Source: Terriglobia bacterium
Lineage (GTDB): Bacteria > Acidobacteriota > Terriglobia > JAJPHL01 > JAPKYU01
Reading direction: 5' to 3'
Assembly (NCBI GenBank): GCA_965206645.1
Contig: CBDBKE010000001.1
Coordinates: 288,001 to 352,000, forward strand
Length of the DNA stretch: 64,000 nucleotides
Translations under genes and position numbers: made by a program
Part shown: positions 32,398 through 41,840 of the stretch, piece by piece
Numbering within the stretch: position 1 is the first letter of the stretch
Layout of the letters: each line of letters starts with the position of its first letter
The notes under the pieces: generated by a model
What the model was told of the DNA's origin: nothing
Seen by the model: only the letters and a program-made list of their open reading frames with translations
Databases searched by the model: none

Positions 32398-32751
32398 ATG
32401 TCCGACCAGCTGATCCTCGACAACCTGAGTGCCCTTTATACCGAAGAAGAAAAGTTGCGGGTCAAGGCACTAGAGTTAGTTGCACGCGACAGCCAACTCC
32501 AGTTGCACATTTCTGTGATCGGAAATGCGATGAATCTGGCGGATCTGTTTCGCCAATTCCCAACCGACGACGAAGACATGAAGGCAATCCAGATGTTCGG
32601 CATGCGAACATTCAATGCCTTCGGCTCCAGCCTCAAGCTCGCTCTCTCCGGCTATGGTCAAAACAGTGCTCTGATTATGCGCCTCATCCTGGAAACCGTA
32701 TTCCTGCTTGACCTTCTCAAGGGCGACAGGTCATTGATCGGTAGGTGGCGG
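32398..32751 (+). pseudogene. Hypothetical protein truncated by IS3 copy D
   Basis: AGGAGG RBS; the open frame ends only at the TGA of the IS end. Confidence 0.6.
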
Positions 32752-34001
32752 TGACCTGACCGGCACTTTTTGTACCAAGTGGAAAGAGAGAGAATCCACT
32801 TGAGAAGGAAGTGAGGTCATGCCGACAAGGAGTTACAAGCCGGAGCAGATTGTAGCGGTGCTACGGCAGATAGAAGTGCAGATGGGGAACGGGAAGACTG
32901 CGCCCCAAGCCTGCAAAGAAGCTGGAATCCACACCCAAACCTACTACCGGTGGCGGAAGGAATACGGCGGGCTGAAGGTGGTGCAGGCAAAACGGCTAAA
33001 GGAGTTGGAGAAGGAAAACACGCGGCTGAAGCGGTTGGTAGCGGAGCTTTCTCTGGAGAAGCAGGTGCTGCGGGATGTGGCACAGGGAAACTTCTGAGCC
33101 CTGAGCGGCGGCGTTGTGCGGTGGAGCGTGCGTGGGAGCAACACGGGTTGTCGGAACGGCATGCCTGCCGGCTGCTGGGGCAATGGCGAGGGACACAACG
33201 ATACGAGCCGATTCATCGGGTGGACGAGGATGCTCTGACCCGAGCGATCATTGCCCTGGGAGCGAAGTACGGGCGATATGGCTACCGGAGGATCACAGCG
33301 TTGCTGCGGAGTGCGGGCTGGGAAGTGGGCAAGGACCGGGTGCAGCGGATTTGGCGGCGGGAAGGGCTGAAAGTGCCGCAAAAACAAAGGCCGCGAGGAC
33401 GGCTGTGGCTGAACGACGGTTCCTGTGTACGACTGAGGCCGGAGCGACCGAACCACGTGTGGAGCTACGACTTCATGAGTGCCAGAACGCACGAGGGGAG
33501 AACGCTGCGGCTGCTGACCTTGCTGGATGAGTACACGCGGGAATGCCTGGCGATCCGGGTGGAGCGGAGGATGGGCAGCCAACAAATCATTGAGGCGTTG
33601 TCGGACGTGATGTTGTGGCGAGGGATACCGGAACAGATTCGATCCGACAATGGTCCCGAGTTCATCGCCAAACAACTGCGCCAGTGGTTGGCAAATCTAG
33701 GGACCGGGACACTGTACATCGAACCGGGCAGTCCCTGGGAGAACGGGTACTGCGAGAGTTTCAATGGGAAGCTGCGGGACGAATGCCTGAATGGAGAGAT
33801 CTTCTACTCGTTGAAGGAGGCACAGGTGCTGATTGAACAGTGGAGGGTGCAATACAACACGGTGCGGCCGCACTCGGCGCTCGGCTATAGGCCCCCGGCG
33901 CCGGGGGCCTATAGCCCTCCCCTGCCACTGAAACCAGTTTCACAGCCCCAGGCTGCGATGTAAACTCTCACTACGGTTGGTACAAAAAATCGGTCTGGTC
34001 A
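32752..34001 (+). mobile_element. IS3-family element, copy D (orfA 32819..33097, orfB ending 33963)
   Basis: 1250 bp with the same ends; flanks GGCGG / ATACA give no TSD. Confidence 0.96.
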
Positions 34002-34024
34002 ATACATCCAAGTGGCGGCGTGGC

Positions 34025-34264
34025 ACCGCCGGACGAGGCGCCGGCGGTTGCTTGTTCTTGATGCGATACTTCGGCATCAGTAGTCCTCCCCCCTGAAGCC
34101 GCCATTTTAACCCGCCCTGCGAGCCAACCCTAGCGAAGAGAGCCGAGCCGGGCTAGACCGCCGGACGAGGCGCCGGCGGTTGCTTGTTCTTGATGCGATA
34201 CTTCGGCATCAGTAGTCCTCCCCCCTGAAGCCGCCATTTTAACCCGCCCTGCGAGCCAACCCTA
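34025..34264. repeat. 108-bp perfect direct repeat (34025..34132 and 34157..34264)
   Basis: Two identical units separated by 24 bp; the minus strand carries TAAAAT, GGAGG and MPKYRIKNKQPPAPRPAV. Confidence 0.92.
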
Positions 34265-34423
34265 CCGACCCTGGGACCCTTTATGGTGGGCATTGGAGCC
34301 TTCATAAGCCGAGACGACGGGCTTTCAGGACCCGGCGAGGACCGCTCGGAGCCCGCAGAGAGAAGCACTGTGCTGGAAGGGTTCAGTTGGAGGCCAATGG
34401 TTGTATACTCACGAGTGCCGGAG

Positions 34424-34542
34424 GGCATTGTCAAGTTGACGAAAGGCTCGTCGATCGACCCCCAAGATATTGCGCTCCAGCCCGTCTCGAACCCACCATG
34501 CTGAGCATCAAAAACAGCCGTCAGCCTCAACTTGACAATACC
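34424..34542. mobile_element. IS6-type MITE 2 (119 bp)
   Basis: IRs GGCATTGTCAAGTTGA / TCAACTTGACAATACC (15/16 match); interior unlike MITE 1. Confidence 0.75.
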
Positions 34543-34740
34543 CTATGGCCTTATTGGGGTGACCCGGCACGAATTGTCTGGGTTCAAGGCAAGCGTGCTG
34601 TCCAAGATGGTCAAGTCCTTCCGCTTCCGCTAAGCCCAATTCGCACGACCAATGCGGGAGCAAAAGATAGTTGTGGCGCAGCTCTGCCGCTACGATGCGC
34701 GGAGACTCTCCTGGGAGGGATGTCCGGCAGAAGCCGGTTG

Positions 34741-35574
34741 CTACAACAAATCCACCGCCACCTTGTTCGGAAGGACACCGATCTGGTGGCCAAGAGCCAG
34801 CAGGCGCTCAATCGCCTGCTCCCCACGGTCGCCGCACTCCAGCGTGTATTCGTTCACGTACATCCCCACGAACTTGTCGACCAGGGATTCATCCATGTCC
34901 CGAGCAAACTGCATGGCGTAGGAAAGGGCTTCTTCTCTGTGATCCAGGGCGTACTGGATGCTGCTACGCACTAGCGAGGCCGCTTCTTTTTGCACGTCCA
35001 GGGGCAGATGGCGGGCCACTGCCAGGCCGCCCAGTGGAAGGGGCAAACCTTGCTGCTGTTGCCACCAAAGTCCTAGGTCTGCGATTCGATGCAAGCCCTC
35101 GCGGTCGTAAGTGAGCTGGCCTTCATGAATCAGCAGGCCGGCCTCGGCGCGCCCCTCCTGCAGGGCTTCGGAGACGCGGTCGAACGGCACTACTACCGGC
35201 TCCACTTCCGGCTGGAACAACTTCAACACCAGCCAGGCTGTGGTCAGCAGCCCAGGCACTGCAACCTTCTTGCCTTTCAGTTCCTCGGCCGAAAACAGGC
35301 GCGTTGAAACCACCACAGGGCCGTAGCCGTCTCCCATGCTGCTTCCGGTGGATAGCAGGCGGTAGCGCTCGGCCACATGAGGATAGGCGTGAAAGGAGAT
35401 GGCTGTCAGGTCGAACTTCGCTTCCATGGCTTGCCGGTTCAAAGTTTCGATATCCAACAGGACGTGCCGGAAACTCAGCGTCGGCGGGCGCAATTTCCGC
35501 GTCGCAAGCGCGTAGAACATGAAGGCATCGTCGGAATCAGGACTATGCGCCAGGACCAGTTCGCGTTGTTCCAT
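34741..35574 (-). CDS. mqnD: MqnD-family menaquinone (futalosine pathway) biosynthesis protein
   Basis: AHSPDSDDAFMFYAL, DIETLN, AISFHAY, GYGP, IHEGQL, LPLPLG, MYVN. Confidence 0.88.
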   Translation of the reverse strand: MEQRELVLAHSPDSDDAFMFYALATRKLRPPTLSFRHVLLDIETLNRQAMEAKFDLTAISFHAYPHVAERYRLLSTGSSMGDGYGPVVVSTRLFSAEELKGKKVAVPGLLTTAWLVLKLFQPEVEPVVVPFDRVSEALQEGRAEAGLLIHEGQLTYDREGLHRIADLGLWWQQQQGLPLPLGGLAVARHLPLDVQKEAASLVRSSIQYALDHREEALSYAMQFARDMDESLVDKFVGMYVNEYTLECGDRGEQAIERLLALGHQIGVLPNKVAVDLL

Positions 35575-35644
35575 AGGATGACTTGGACTAGCGGGGGGAT
35601 GCTAGAGTAGCACAACGGCTCACGGCGGCCAATTCGCTTTTGGC

Positions 35645-35673
35645 TTGTCAACCCGCAGCGGACTCCGTAAACT
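35645..35673 (+). promoter_or_regulatory. Sigma70-type promoter TTGTCA-N17-TAAACT
   Basis: Near-consensus hexamers with optimal spacing in the divergent intergenic region. Confidence 0.7.
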
Positions 35674-35681
35674 GAATTGTT

Positions 35682-35818
35682 GAGACCTCGCCACGGCCAG
35701 CTGCGGCATTCCCGAAGGAGTGCATCCTCAGATTTGATTCATGGGTCCTAGCCCGGAATCGTTGGAACGGCAACAACCAAGGGTTGGATTGCCAAACCGA
35801 ATCCAGAAGAGAGGGCTC
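35682..35818 (+). ncRNA. Candidate structured RNA or 5' leader (family unassigned)
   Basis: Starts ~8 nt after the -10; ends GAGACCTC / GAGGGCTC pair 7/8; several internal hairpins. Confidence 0.35.
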
Positions 35819-35905
35819 CCCTCTAACTGAGTGGCGCCAAAGCGTGGGCGGCAACCGCCGAGTGCGCCTTGGTGCGATCAGGACCGCTCTTCGGAAAAAG
35901 GCCTT

Positions 35906-36280
35906 ATGGGTGATGAGAATAACAAGGTGGTCGTCGCGGCCGACGAACTGTTCTTTACGGTCAAAATCGCGGAAGCCGCTCGCCGGGCTGGCGTGCCGGT
36001 CCAGTTTGTGAAGGACGAGCGCGCTTTGTTGGAGTCTGCTCAGCACAAGCCGGCGCTGATCATCCTGGACCTGAATTGCGCCGGCGTGAAGCCCCTGCAG
36101 TCCATCAGCAAGTTGAAGGCGGATCCTGAGCTGAAAACGATTTCTCTGGTGGGCTACGTCTCGCACGTACAGGGGGAGTTGAAGCAGAAGGCACACGCGC
36201 TCGGCTGCGACATGGTGCTGGCCCGCTCGGTCTTCTCCCAGAATCTGGCGAGCCTGCTGAAGCGCCACGCCAGCCGCTGA
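35906..36280 (+). CDS. Stand-alone response regulator receiver protein
   Basis: VVVAADELFF...LIILDLN...GYVSHV...AHALGCD pattern. Confidence 0.8.
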   Translation: MGDENNKVVVAADELFFTVKIAEAARRAGVPVQFVKDERALLESAQHKPALIILDLNCAGVKPLQSISKLKADPELKTISLVGYVSHVQGELKQKAHALGCDMVLARSVFSQNLASLLKRHASR

Positions 36281-36384
36281 ATACGCCGAACGACCTCATT
36301 TCGCGGTTCCAGGCTGCCGCTCAGACAGGCCGGCCGTAGATGCCCCACTGAGATATTTTACCGCGGCGGTGGCGCAGCGACCGA

Positions 36385-37383
36385 CTACTTGCTCTTTTGC
36401 TTCACTATCTTCATGGCCATCTTGCGTATAACTTCGGCGACATTCTTGTTCTGGGCCACGGTCCGCTGGTCCTGCGGCAGCAGGCGGGCAATCAGCGACA
36501 TCGCCACGTCAATGGGCGTCTTCGGGTTGTTGGCCAGGTTCCGCAGAACGCTGTAGTTCCTCATGAACTTCCGGCTCATGGAGATCAGCCGCAGCACTTC
36601 GTCGCTGACGTTTTTCAGGGCCGCGAAGGTGTCGACTTCTGCTTCCGTGACCTTCGGCGAGCCGAGCACGGCCCGCGACACCACCTTGCTGGAGTCGCGG
36701 ATCAGCATGCCGCGTTCCTCCTTGTTGCCTTTCAGCGCCAGTTGCACCTTCTGCGAGACAGTCATCCGAGAGATCTTGGCGGAGATTGATTCCTTCTTGC
36801 GTTGCTCATTCCCTTGGGCTTCAGCCTCGACGATTTCCTCGTCCAGCTTGACGATTTCCTCGTCCGACAGGGCTGCGGTCTGCTGCCGTTCGTCTTCCAG
36901 TTGCGCCTCGGCAATCATCAGCTCCAGGAAACTGAGCTCGAAGAGGAATCCTTCCTCGCGGGCAGCGAGCCGGCTTTGGTTCATTTGTAGGTAGCTGGAG
37001 TTGCTTTTCAGGGCCGTCAGAGCCGGGGTGCGGAGCCTGTCGATATTCTCAAGCATGATCTTGATCGAATCCACGTCGGCGATGGCGGCCAGCTCGGCCA
37101 GTGCCTGCTGGGGAGAGTGACGGTTGGCCAGCAGATCCTCCAGCAACTCGGGCCGAAAATTTTCGGGGATCAGAAAATACTCCAGCGCCTGGGGCGAAGT
37201 GGAGGCCCTGCGTAGAAGGGGCTGCAGAGTTTCGGGAGACCAGCTCGACAGGGTGCGGCGTGCTTCGGCTCGCACCTGGTCATCCGGATCGTCGGTCAAT
37301 GCCACCACCAGTTCCAGCGCGGCCTCCGGGGCGATATTGGTCTGGCCGCGAGCGGCGGCCAACTTGTCTGTGATTGGCGTCAC
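36385..37383 (-). CDS. Conserved hypothetical alpha-helical (HEAT-like) protein
   Basis: 332-aa ORF; KVQLALKGNKEERGMLIRD...NNPKTP C-terminal block; coupled to rodZ. Confidence 0.75.
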   Translation of the reverse strand: MTPITDKLAAARGQTNIAPEAALELVVALTDDPDDQVRAEARRTLSSWSPETLQPLLRRASTSPQALEYFLIPENFRPELLEDLLANRHSPQQALAELAAIADVDSIKIMLENIDRLRTPALTALKSNSSYLQMNQSRLAAREEGFLFELSFLELMIAEAQLEDERQQTAALSDEEIVKLDEEIVEAEAQGNEQRKKESISAKISRMTVSQKVQLALKGNKEERGMLIRDSSKVVSRAVLGSPKVTEAEVDTFAALKNVSDEVLRLISMSRKFMRNYSVLRNLANNPKTPIDVAMSLIARLLPQDQRTVAQNKNVAEVIRKMAMKIVKQKSK

Positions 37384-38162
37384 TGGGTCTTTAGGTCGCG
37401 GGCGGAAAACGCGATGCTCTTCGCCTCTCCCTTGCGGCCCAGCGGCGGCTGAGTTTCGCCGTTGAGCGTCAGCACCACGTCGCCCGCGTTACCCACGCGG
37501 AGTTTGATCGAGGAATTGGCAGCCATCGTGCGCGTTTCCCCGGCCGGCAGCATCGCTTCCCAGACCTTGCGACCGTCAGCGTAGGCAACCGCCCAGGAAG
37601 CGCCCAAGGTATCGATTTGGAGCCGAAGGCGAGCGCGCGAAGCCCCATCTGTTTCCGACTTCGCTACCGCTTCCACCGCAGGCATGGCCGACGCTTGCGG
37701 AACGGGCGCCGGCGTCGGCGGCACTGACGTCCAGTTGGCGCGCACCCGGGTCGGCACCCAGCGTTCCCAAACCGCGTACCCGCCGAGGAGAAGTAGCGAC
37801 GCGCTCAACAGAGCAGTCGCCACTGCGCGCTTCAGGTTGGGTGCGGCTCGGCCGACCGAGGTGCCCGGCGGCGCGGTAGCGGCTCTCTGGTCCCGTTGCG
37901 CTGCTAACTGTCGCAAGTCCACGGGCTTAGGAGGCCCCAGCAGCAGGTCGAGCTCGCCGCCTACCTGTGCTTCGTCCAGGCCCAAGTAATGCGCGTAGTG
38001 CAACACAAAGCTGCGACTGAAGGCTCCGCCCGGGAGCATGTCGAACCGGTCGTTCTCGATAGCTTCCAAGAAGCGGGTGCTGATCTTGGTGTGAAGTGAC
38101 ATCTCCTCCAGCGAGATGCTGCGCATTTCGCGCTCACGCCGGAGATTTCGGCCGAAGCCCAT
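37380..38162 (-). CDS. rodZ: RodZ-like protein (HTH + TM + DUF4115)
   Basis: FGRNLRREREMRSISLEE...LEAIE...LPGGAF; central TM; LRVGNAGDVVLTLNG. Confidence 0.85.
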   Translation of the reverse strand: MGFGRNLRREREMRSISLEEMSLHTKISTRFLEAIENDRFDMLPGGAFSRSFVLHYAHYLGLDEAQVGGELDLLLGPPKPVDLRQLAAQRDQRAATAPPGTSVGRAAPNLKRAVATALLSASLLLLGGYAVWERWVPTRVRANWTSVPPTPAPVPQASAMPAVEAVAKSETDGASRARLRLQIDTLGASWAVAYADGRKVWEAMLPAGETRTMAANSSIKLRVGNAGDVVLTLNGETQPPLGRKGEAKSIAFSARDLKTQ

Positions 38163-38437
38163 GGGTCGCGCACTCTGTCGCGTTCAACGAACTCCTTACC
38201 CTATGATAGGGATAGGTACAAAACTGTGTCAATATGATTTCCCCAGCCGGAGCCGATCCGGAGGCCGGCCAGCCCGCCGGTTTGGCGCCGCCCCCGAAGG
38301 AAAGACCGTGCTATAATTCGCCCGGCTTTCAGAGAAGTGAACTCACTTGCCTGAGCTCAGGGGTTACCGTGCGCGCCAGACCGGCCGCCGGCCCGCTGAG
38401 CGATCCCTCCCGGGCAAGAGTTCGAAGACGCCTGCGA

Positions 38438-39514
38438 ATGGAACCGTCGGCACGCATTGCCGAACTGGAACGGAAGATCCGAGAACTGACGGTCTTCCAC
38501 GACATCGGCAAGACGCTCACCTCCACCCTGGACCTCAGCCGTGTGCTGGAAACCATCATGGAACAGATCAGCAATCTGTTCCGTCCCGATACTTGGTCGC
38601 TCCTGTTGCTGGACCCTGAGTCCAAGGAACTGCACTTTGAGATTGCTGTCGGGCAAGCCGCGGAGAAGCTCAAGAAGTTGCGCCTGAAGCTCGGCGAGGG
38701 AATAGCCGGCTGGGTGGCGCTGCATGGGCAACCCCTCTTCGTGCCTGAGGCCGACAGTGACCAGCGCTTCACATCCCGTATCGACCAGATCACCAGCGTT
38801 CACACCAGGACCATTGCTGCCGTTCCCATCAAGGGTCGAGAAGGAGTGTTGGGGGTGATCGAAATCGTCAACACGCCGGAAGCGATGAAATTCGGCCAGG
38901 AAGAGATGTTCATGCTCGAGGCCCTGGCCGATTACACTGCCATCGCCATCGAGAACGCCCGGCATGTGCAGCGGATTCACGAGTTAACGATCACAGACGA
39001 TTGCACCAGCCTGTTCAACTCCCGCCATCTGCACAACATGCTGCAATCGGAAATCTACCGCTCCAACCGCTACGGCTACGAGTTCTCGGTGCTCTTTCTG
39101 GATCTGGACCGTTTCAAGCAAGTGAACGACACTCACGGACACTTGGTGGGTAGCAAGCTGCTGGCCCAAGTCGGCAATCTGATTAAGGACCACCTGCGCA
39201 TGATTGATTTCGCCTTCCGGTACGGCGGCGACGAATTCGTGATACTGCTGCCGCAAACGGGCAAGCACGCTGCCACGAACGTGGCCCGCCGCCTTCAGCG
39301 CCTGCTCAACGACGCATGCTTCCTGCGCGAAGAAGGCTTGAACCTGAAGGTCACCGCCAGCTTCGGTCTGGCCTGCTTCCCCAGCGATGCCCGCACCAAG
39401 AACGAGCTGGTCCAGCTGGCCGACGAAGCGATGTACCTGGTCAAGAACACCGCGCGTGACAACATCGCTGTCGCCAACGTTGGGCTATTGGACACTCTCA
39501 GCAGCCATAGCTAA
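38438..39514 (+). CDS. GAF-domain diguanylate cyclase
   Basis: GEGIAGWVA GAF; DLDRFKQVNDTHGH, RMID I-site, RYGGDEF, ADEAMY. Confidence 0.93.
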   Translation: MEPSARIAELERKIRELTVFHDIGKTLTSTLDLSRVLETIMEQISNLFRPDTWSLLLLDPESKELHFEIAVGQAAEKLKKLRLKLGEGIAGWVALHGQPLFVPEADSDQRFTSRIDQITSVHTRTIAAVPIKGREGVLGVIEIVNTPEAMKFGQEEMFMLEALADYTAIAIENARHVQRIHELTITDDCTSLFNSRHLHNMLQSEIYRSNRYGYEFSVLFLDLDRFKQVNDTHGHLVGSKLLAQVGNLIKDHLRMIDFAFRYGGDEFVILLPQTGKHAATNVARRLQRLLNDACFLREEGLNLKVTASFGLACFPSDARTKNELVQLADEAMYLVKNTARDNIAVANVGLLDTLSSHS

Positions 39515-39723
39515 ACCCCATGCCTAAACCATTGACGATTGACAATTGCGCTTGCATCAACGCCAAGACGGCGACCAAAGAAACCAAGGTGCTCGAGTCT
39601 CTGGTCTCATGCGAACTGTGAGAGTTGACGTTTGATTCCGATTGGGCGGCTCGATGACGAGAGGAGAGCCACGCCGAGCCTATTTCGGCAGTGAATAGCC
39701 AGAAGCGGCAAACTAAAAAGCGA

Positions 39724-40137
39724 TCAGGATTCACCTTCTGGTCCCATTTCGATGGTAATGACGACCCGATGTGGCAAGTCAATGAAGATGTGGGCATCAC
39801 CAGCCCTCCCGCTCTTCACTAGACGGTATTCGTATGTCAAAACAACACTGCGGGCTTCCTCCGATTCACTTACGAAGAACGTCCAGCCAAGCGAATTCTC
39901 CGCGCTGGCCTGCCCCAGCAGTGCATGCCCAGAGTCAATAAACGCGGAGCTAACTGTTCCGTCGTCGTTCAAGGAACTCCGAATGACGGCTGTTCCTGGA
40001 ATTTGTGCTTTTGCAGCTAGAAATGGCAGTCGGCCAAGCTTGGCGTGCTTGGGCCACAAATCAGGCAGTTTTTCCTGACCATTCACGCAAGAACACGCCA
40101 GAAGTATGAGACCGAACGCATTGACCCACTTCGGCAC
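39724..40137 (-). CDS. Small exported TonB C-terminal-domain protein
   Basis: Signal or lipobox-like N-terminus; PFLAAKAQIPGTAV...DGTV...GHALL...WTF; GGAGG RBS. Confidence 0.7.
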   Translation of the reverse strand: MPKWVNAFGLILLACSCVNGQEKLPDLWPKHAKLGRLPFLAAKAQIPGTAVIRSSLNDDGTVSSAFIDSGHALLGQASAENSLGWTFFVSESEEARSVVLTYEYRLVKSGRAGDAHIFIDLPHRVVITIEMGPEGES

Positions 40138-40154
40138 GGTTGCCTCCTGCTTTT

Positions 40155-40574
40155 CTAGAGCGTCGGCGCTTTCCCCTGTACGTGCACGATGTATGGGAAA
40201 TCGACAGCCATTGTGTTGGGAGATCCTGTAACGTTACTTAGATCGCTCAACTTGTATTCATAAGTGAGATCAACATGAGCAGGTGCTGTTGCCCTGGAAC
40301 TCTTGATGAAGAACGTCCAGCGTGAAGCATTCTTAGCGCTATGAGCCCCGATCAATGGATGTCCTTCGAGAACCTTCACTTCGCTAACAGTGCCATCGGT
40401 TCTGACAGAACACCGCACGACTACCTTACCGTAAATACGCGCCTGTCTTGCAAGGTGAAGATAGGAAATAAACTCCACATGCTTGGGCCACAGATGGGGT
40501 GGGTCCGCTGCCCTTGCCCAAGTACAAAAGAGCACTGGGAGAGCAACCAGTAGGATTATATTTCCAAGTCTCAT
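40155..40574 (-). CDS. Small exported TonB C-terminal-domain protein (paralog)
   Basis: Signal peptide; YLHLARQARIYGKVVV...DGTVSEVKVLEGHPL...WTF. Confidence 0.75.
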   Translation of the reverse strand: MRLGNIILLVALPVLFCTWARAADPPHLWPKHVEFISYLHLARQARIYGKVVVRCSVRTDGTVSEVKVLEGHPLIGAHSAKNASRWTFFIKSSRATAPAHVDLTYEYKLSDLSNVTGSPNTMAVDFPYIVHVQGKAPTL

Positions 40575-40724
40575 TTTTTCACCAGAATAAGAGATAACGG
40601 TCTCCTCAGAAGCACCTCTATTTGATTCATTATGTCATCTCCATGGATCGGTCAATCAATCAATCTTCAATGGTTCAATCTCCAGCTCCGCGTTCCAGCA
40701 GCACTCCGATGCTATACTTTGCGA

Positions 40725-41840
40725 ATGCCGCTAGCCGGGCCGGCCACCGCGGAAGGAACTGCGGCTTACCGCGAACGGTTTCCTGCCGCCGCCCGGGCCG
40801 GCCATTTTCGTCAGATGCAAGGTCTGTGGATGTCCTCGGTGGGTATCGGCACCTATCTGGGGGAGCCCGACGAGGCGACCGACCAGGCCTACACTTCCGC
40901 GGTCACCCGCGCTCTGGAGCTGGGCGCGAACGTCATTGACACCGCCATCAACTACCGCTTTCAACGCAGCGAGCGCTCGATCGGGGCGGCGCTGGCCGCG
41001 CTCACAGCCCAGGGACGCATTCGGCGCGAGGAAGTGGTGGTCTGCACCAAGGCTGGCTTCCTGACGCCCGACGGCGAGATGCCCGGCAACCCGGGACACT
41101 ATTTCCAGGAAAATTACCTGCAACCGGGCATCTGCACCGCCCAGGACATTGCGGGGGGCGTGCACTGCATGACGCCACGGTACCTGGACGACCAGTTGGA
41201 CCGCAGCCTGCGCAACCTGGGCCTGGAATGTATTGACGTCTTCTACCTGCACAACCCGGAGACGCAGCTGTCGGCGGTCCCTCGCCAGGAATTTCTCCGG
41301 CGCCTCCGTCTGGCTTTTGAACTTCTCGAGCACAAGGTGGAGGAGGGGAAGATTCAGTGGTACGGCACCGCCACCTGGAGCGGCTATCGCCAACCGCCCG
41401 GCTCGCGCGACTACCTTTCGCTTGAGGAGGCGGCCCTGGCGGCGCGCGAGGTCGCCGGCGAGCAGCACCACCTCCGTTTCCTCCAGTTGCCCTTTAATCT
41501 GGCGATGCCGGAGGCGTTTGCGGTCCACAACCAGACGCTCGGGGGCCGCGCCTCAAACCTGCTCGACGCGGCCCGCGAGCTAGGGATCACGGTGGTGGCC
41601 AGCGCCAGCCTGCGGCAGGCCAGCCTGGTCGCCGGGCTGCCGGCGATCGTCGGCCAGGTTTTGGATGGGCTTGAGAGCGACGCGCAGCGAGCCCTGCAGT
41701 TTGTTCGCTCCGCCCCGGGCATCGGGGTGGCGCTGGTGGGCATGAAAAACGTGGTGCACGTGGAAGAGAACCTGCGCATGGCCGGGGTCCCGCCGGCCCC
41801 GCCGACGCAATTCCTCAATCTGTTCCAGGTTCAGAATTGA
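40725..41840 (+). CDS. Aldo/keto reductase
   Basis: GIGTY, IDTAINY, VCTKAG, IDVFYLHNP, LQLPFNL; extended -10 TGCTATACT at 40710-40718 suggests a leaderless mRNA. Confidence 0.9.
   Translation: MPLAGPATAEGTAAYRERFPAAARAGHFRQMQGLWMSSVGIGTYLGEPDEATDQAYTSAVTRALELGANVIDTAINYRFQRSERSIGAALAALTAQGRIRREEVVVCTKAGFLTPDGEMPGNPGHYFQENYLQPGICTAQDIAGGVHCMTPRYLDDQLDRSLRNLGLECIDVFYLHNPETQLSAVPRQEFLRRLRLAFELLEHKVEEGKIQWYGTATWSGYRQPPGSRDYLSLEEAALAAREVAGEQHHLRFLQLPFNLAMPEAFAVHNQTLGGRASNLLDAARELGITVVASASLRQASLVAGLPAIVGQVLDGLESDAQRALQFVRSAPGIGVALVGMKNVVHVEENLRMAGVPPAPPTQFLNLFQVQN

Larger units (their letters stand above)
39530..40672. repeat. 12-bp inverted repeat pair CATTGACGATTG (39530..39541) / CAATCTTCAATG (40661..40672) bracketing the TonB-C genes
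   Basis: 11/12 complementary; each lies within degenerate TTGA/TCAA iterations. Confidence 0.5.

Noticed and set aside
34025-34264. CRISPR array
   Set aside because: Only two 108-bp units with one 24-bp gap and no cas genes
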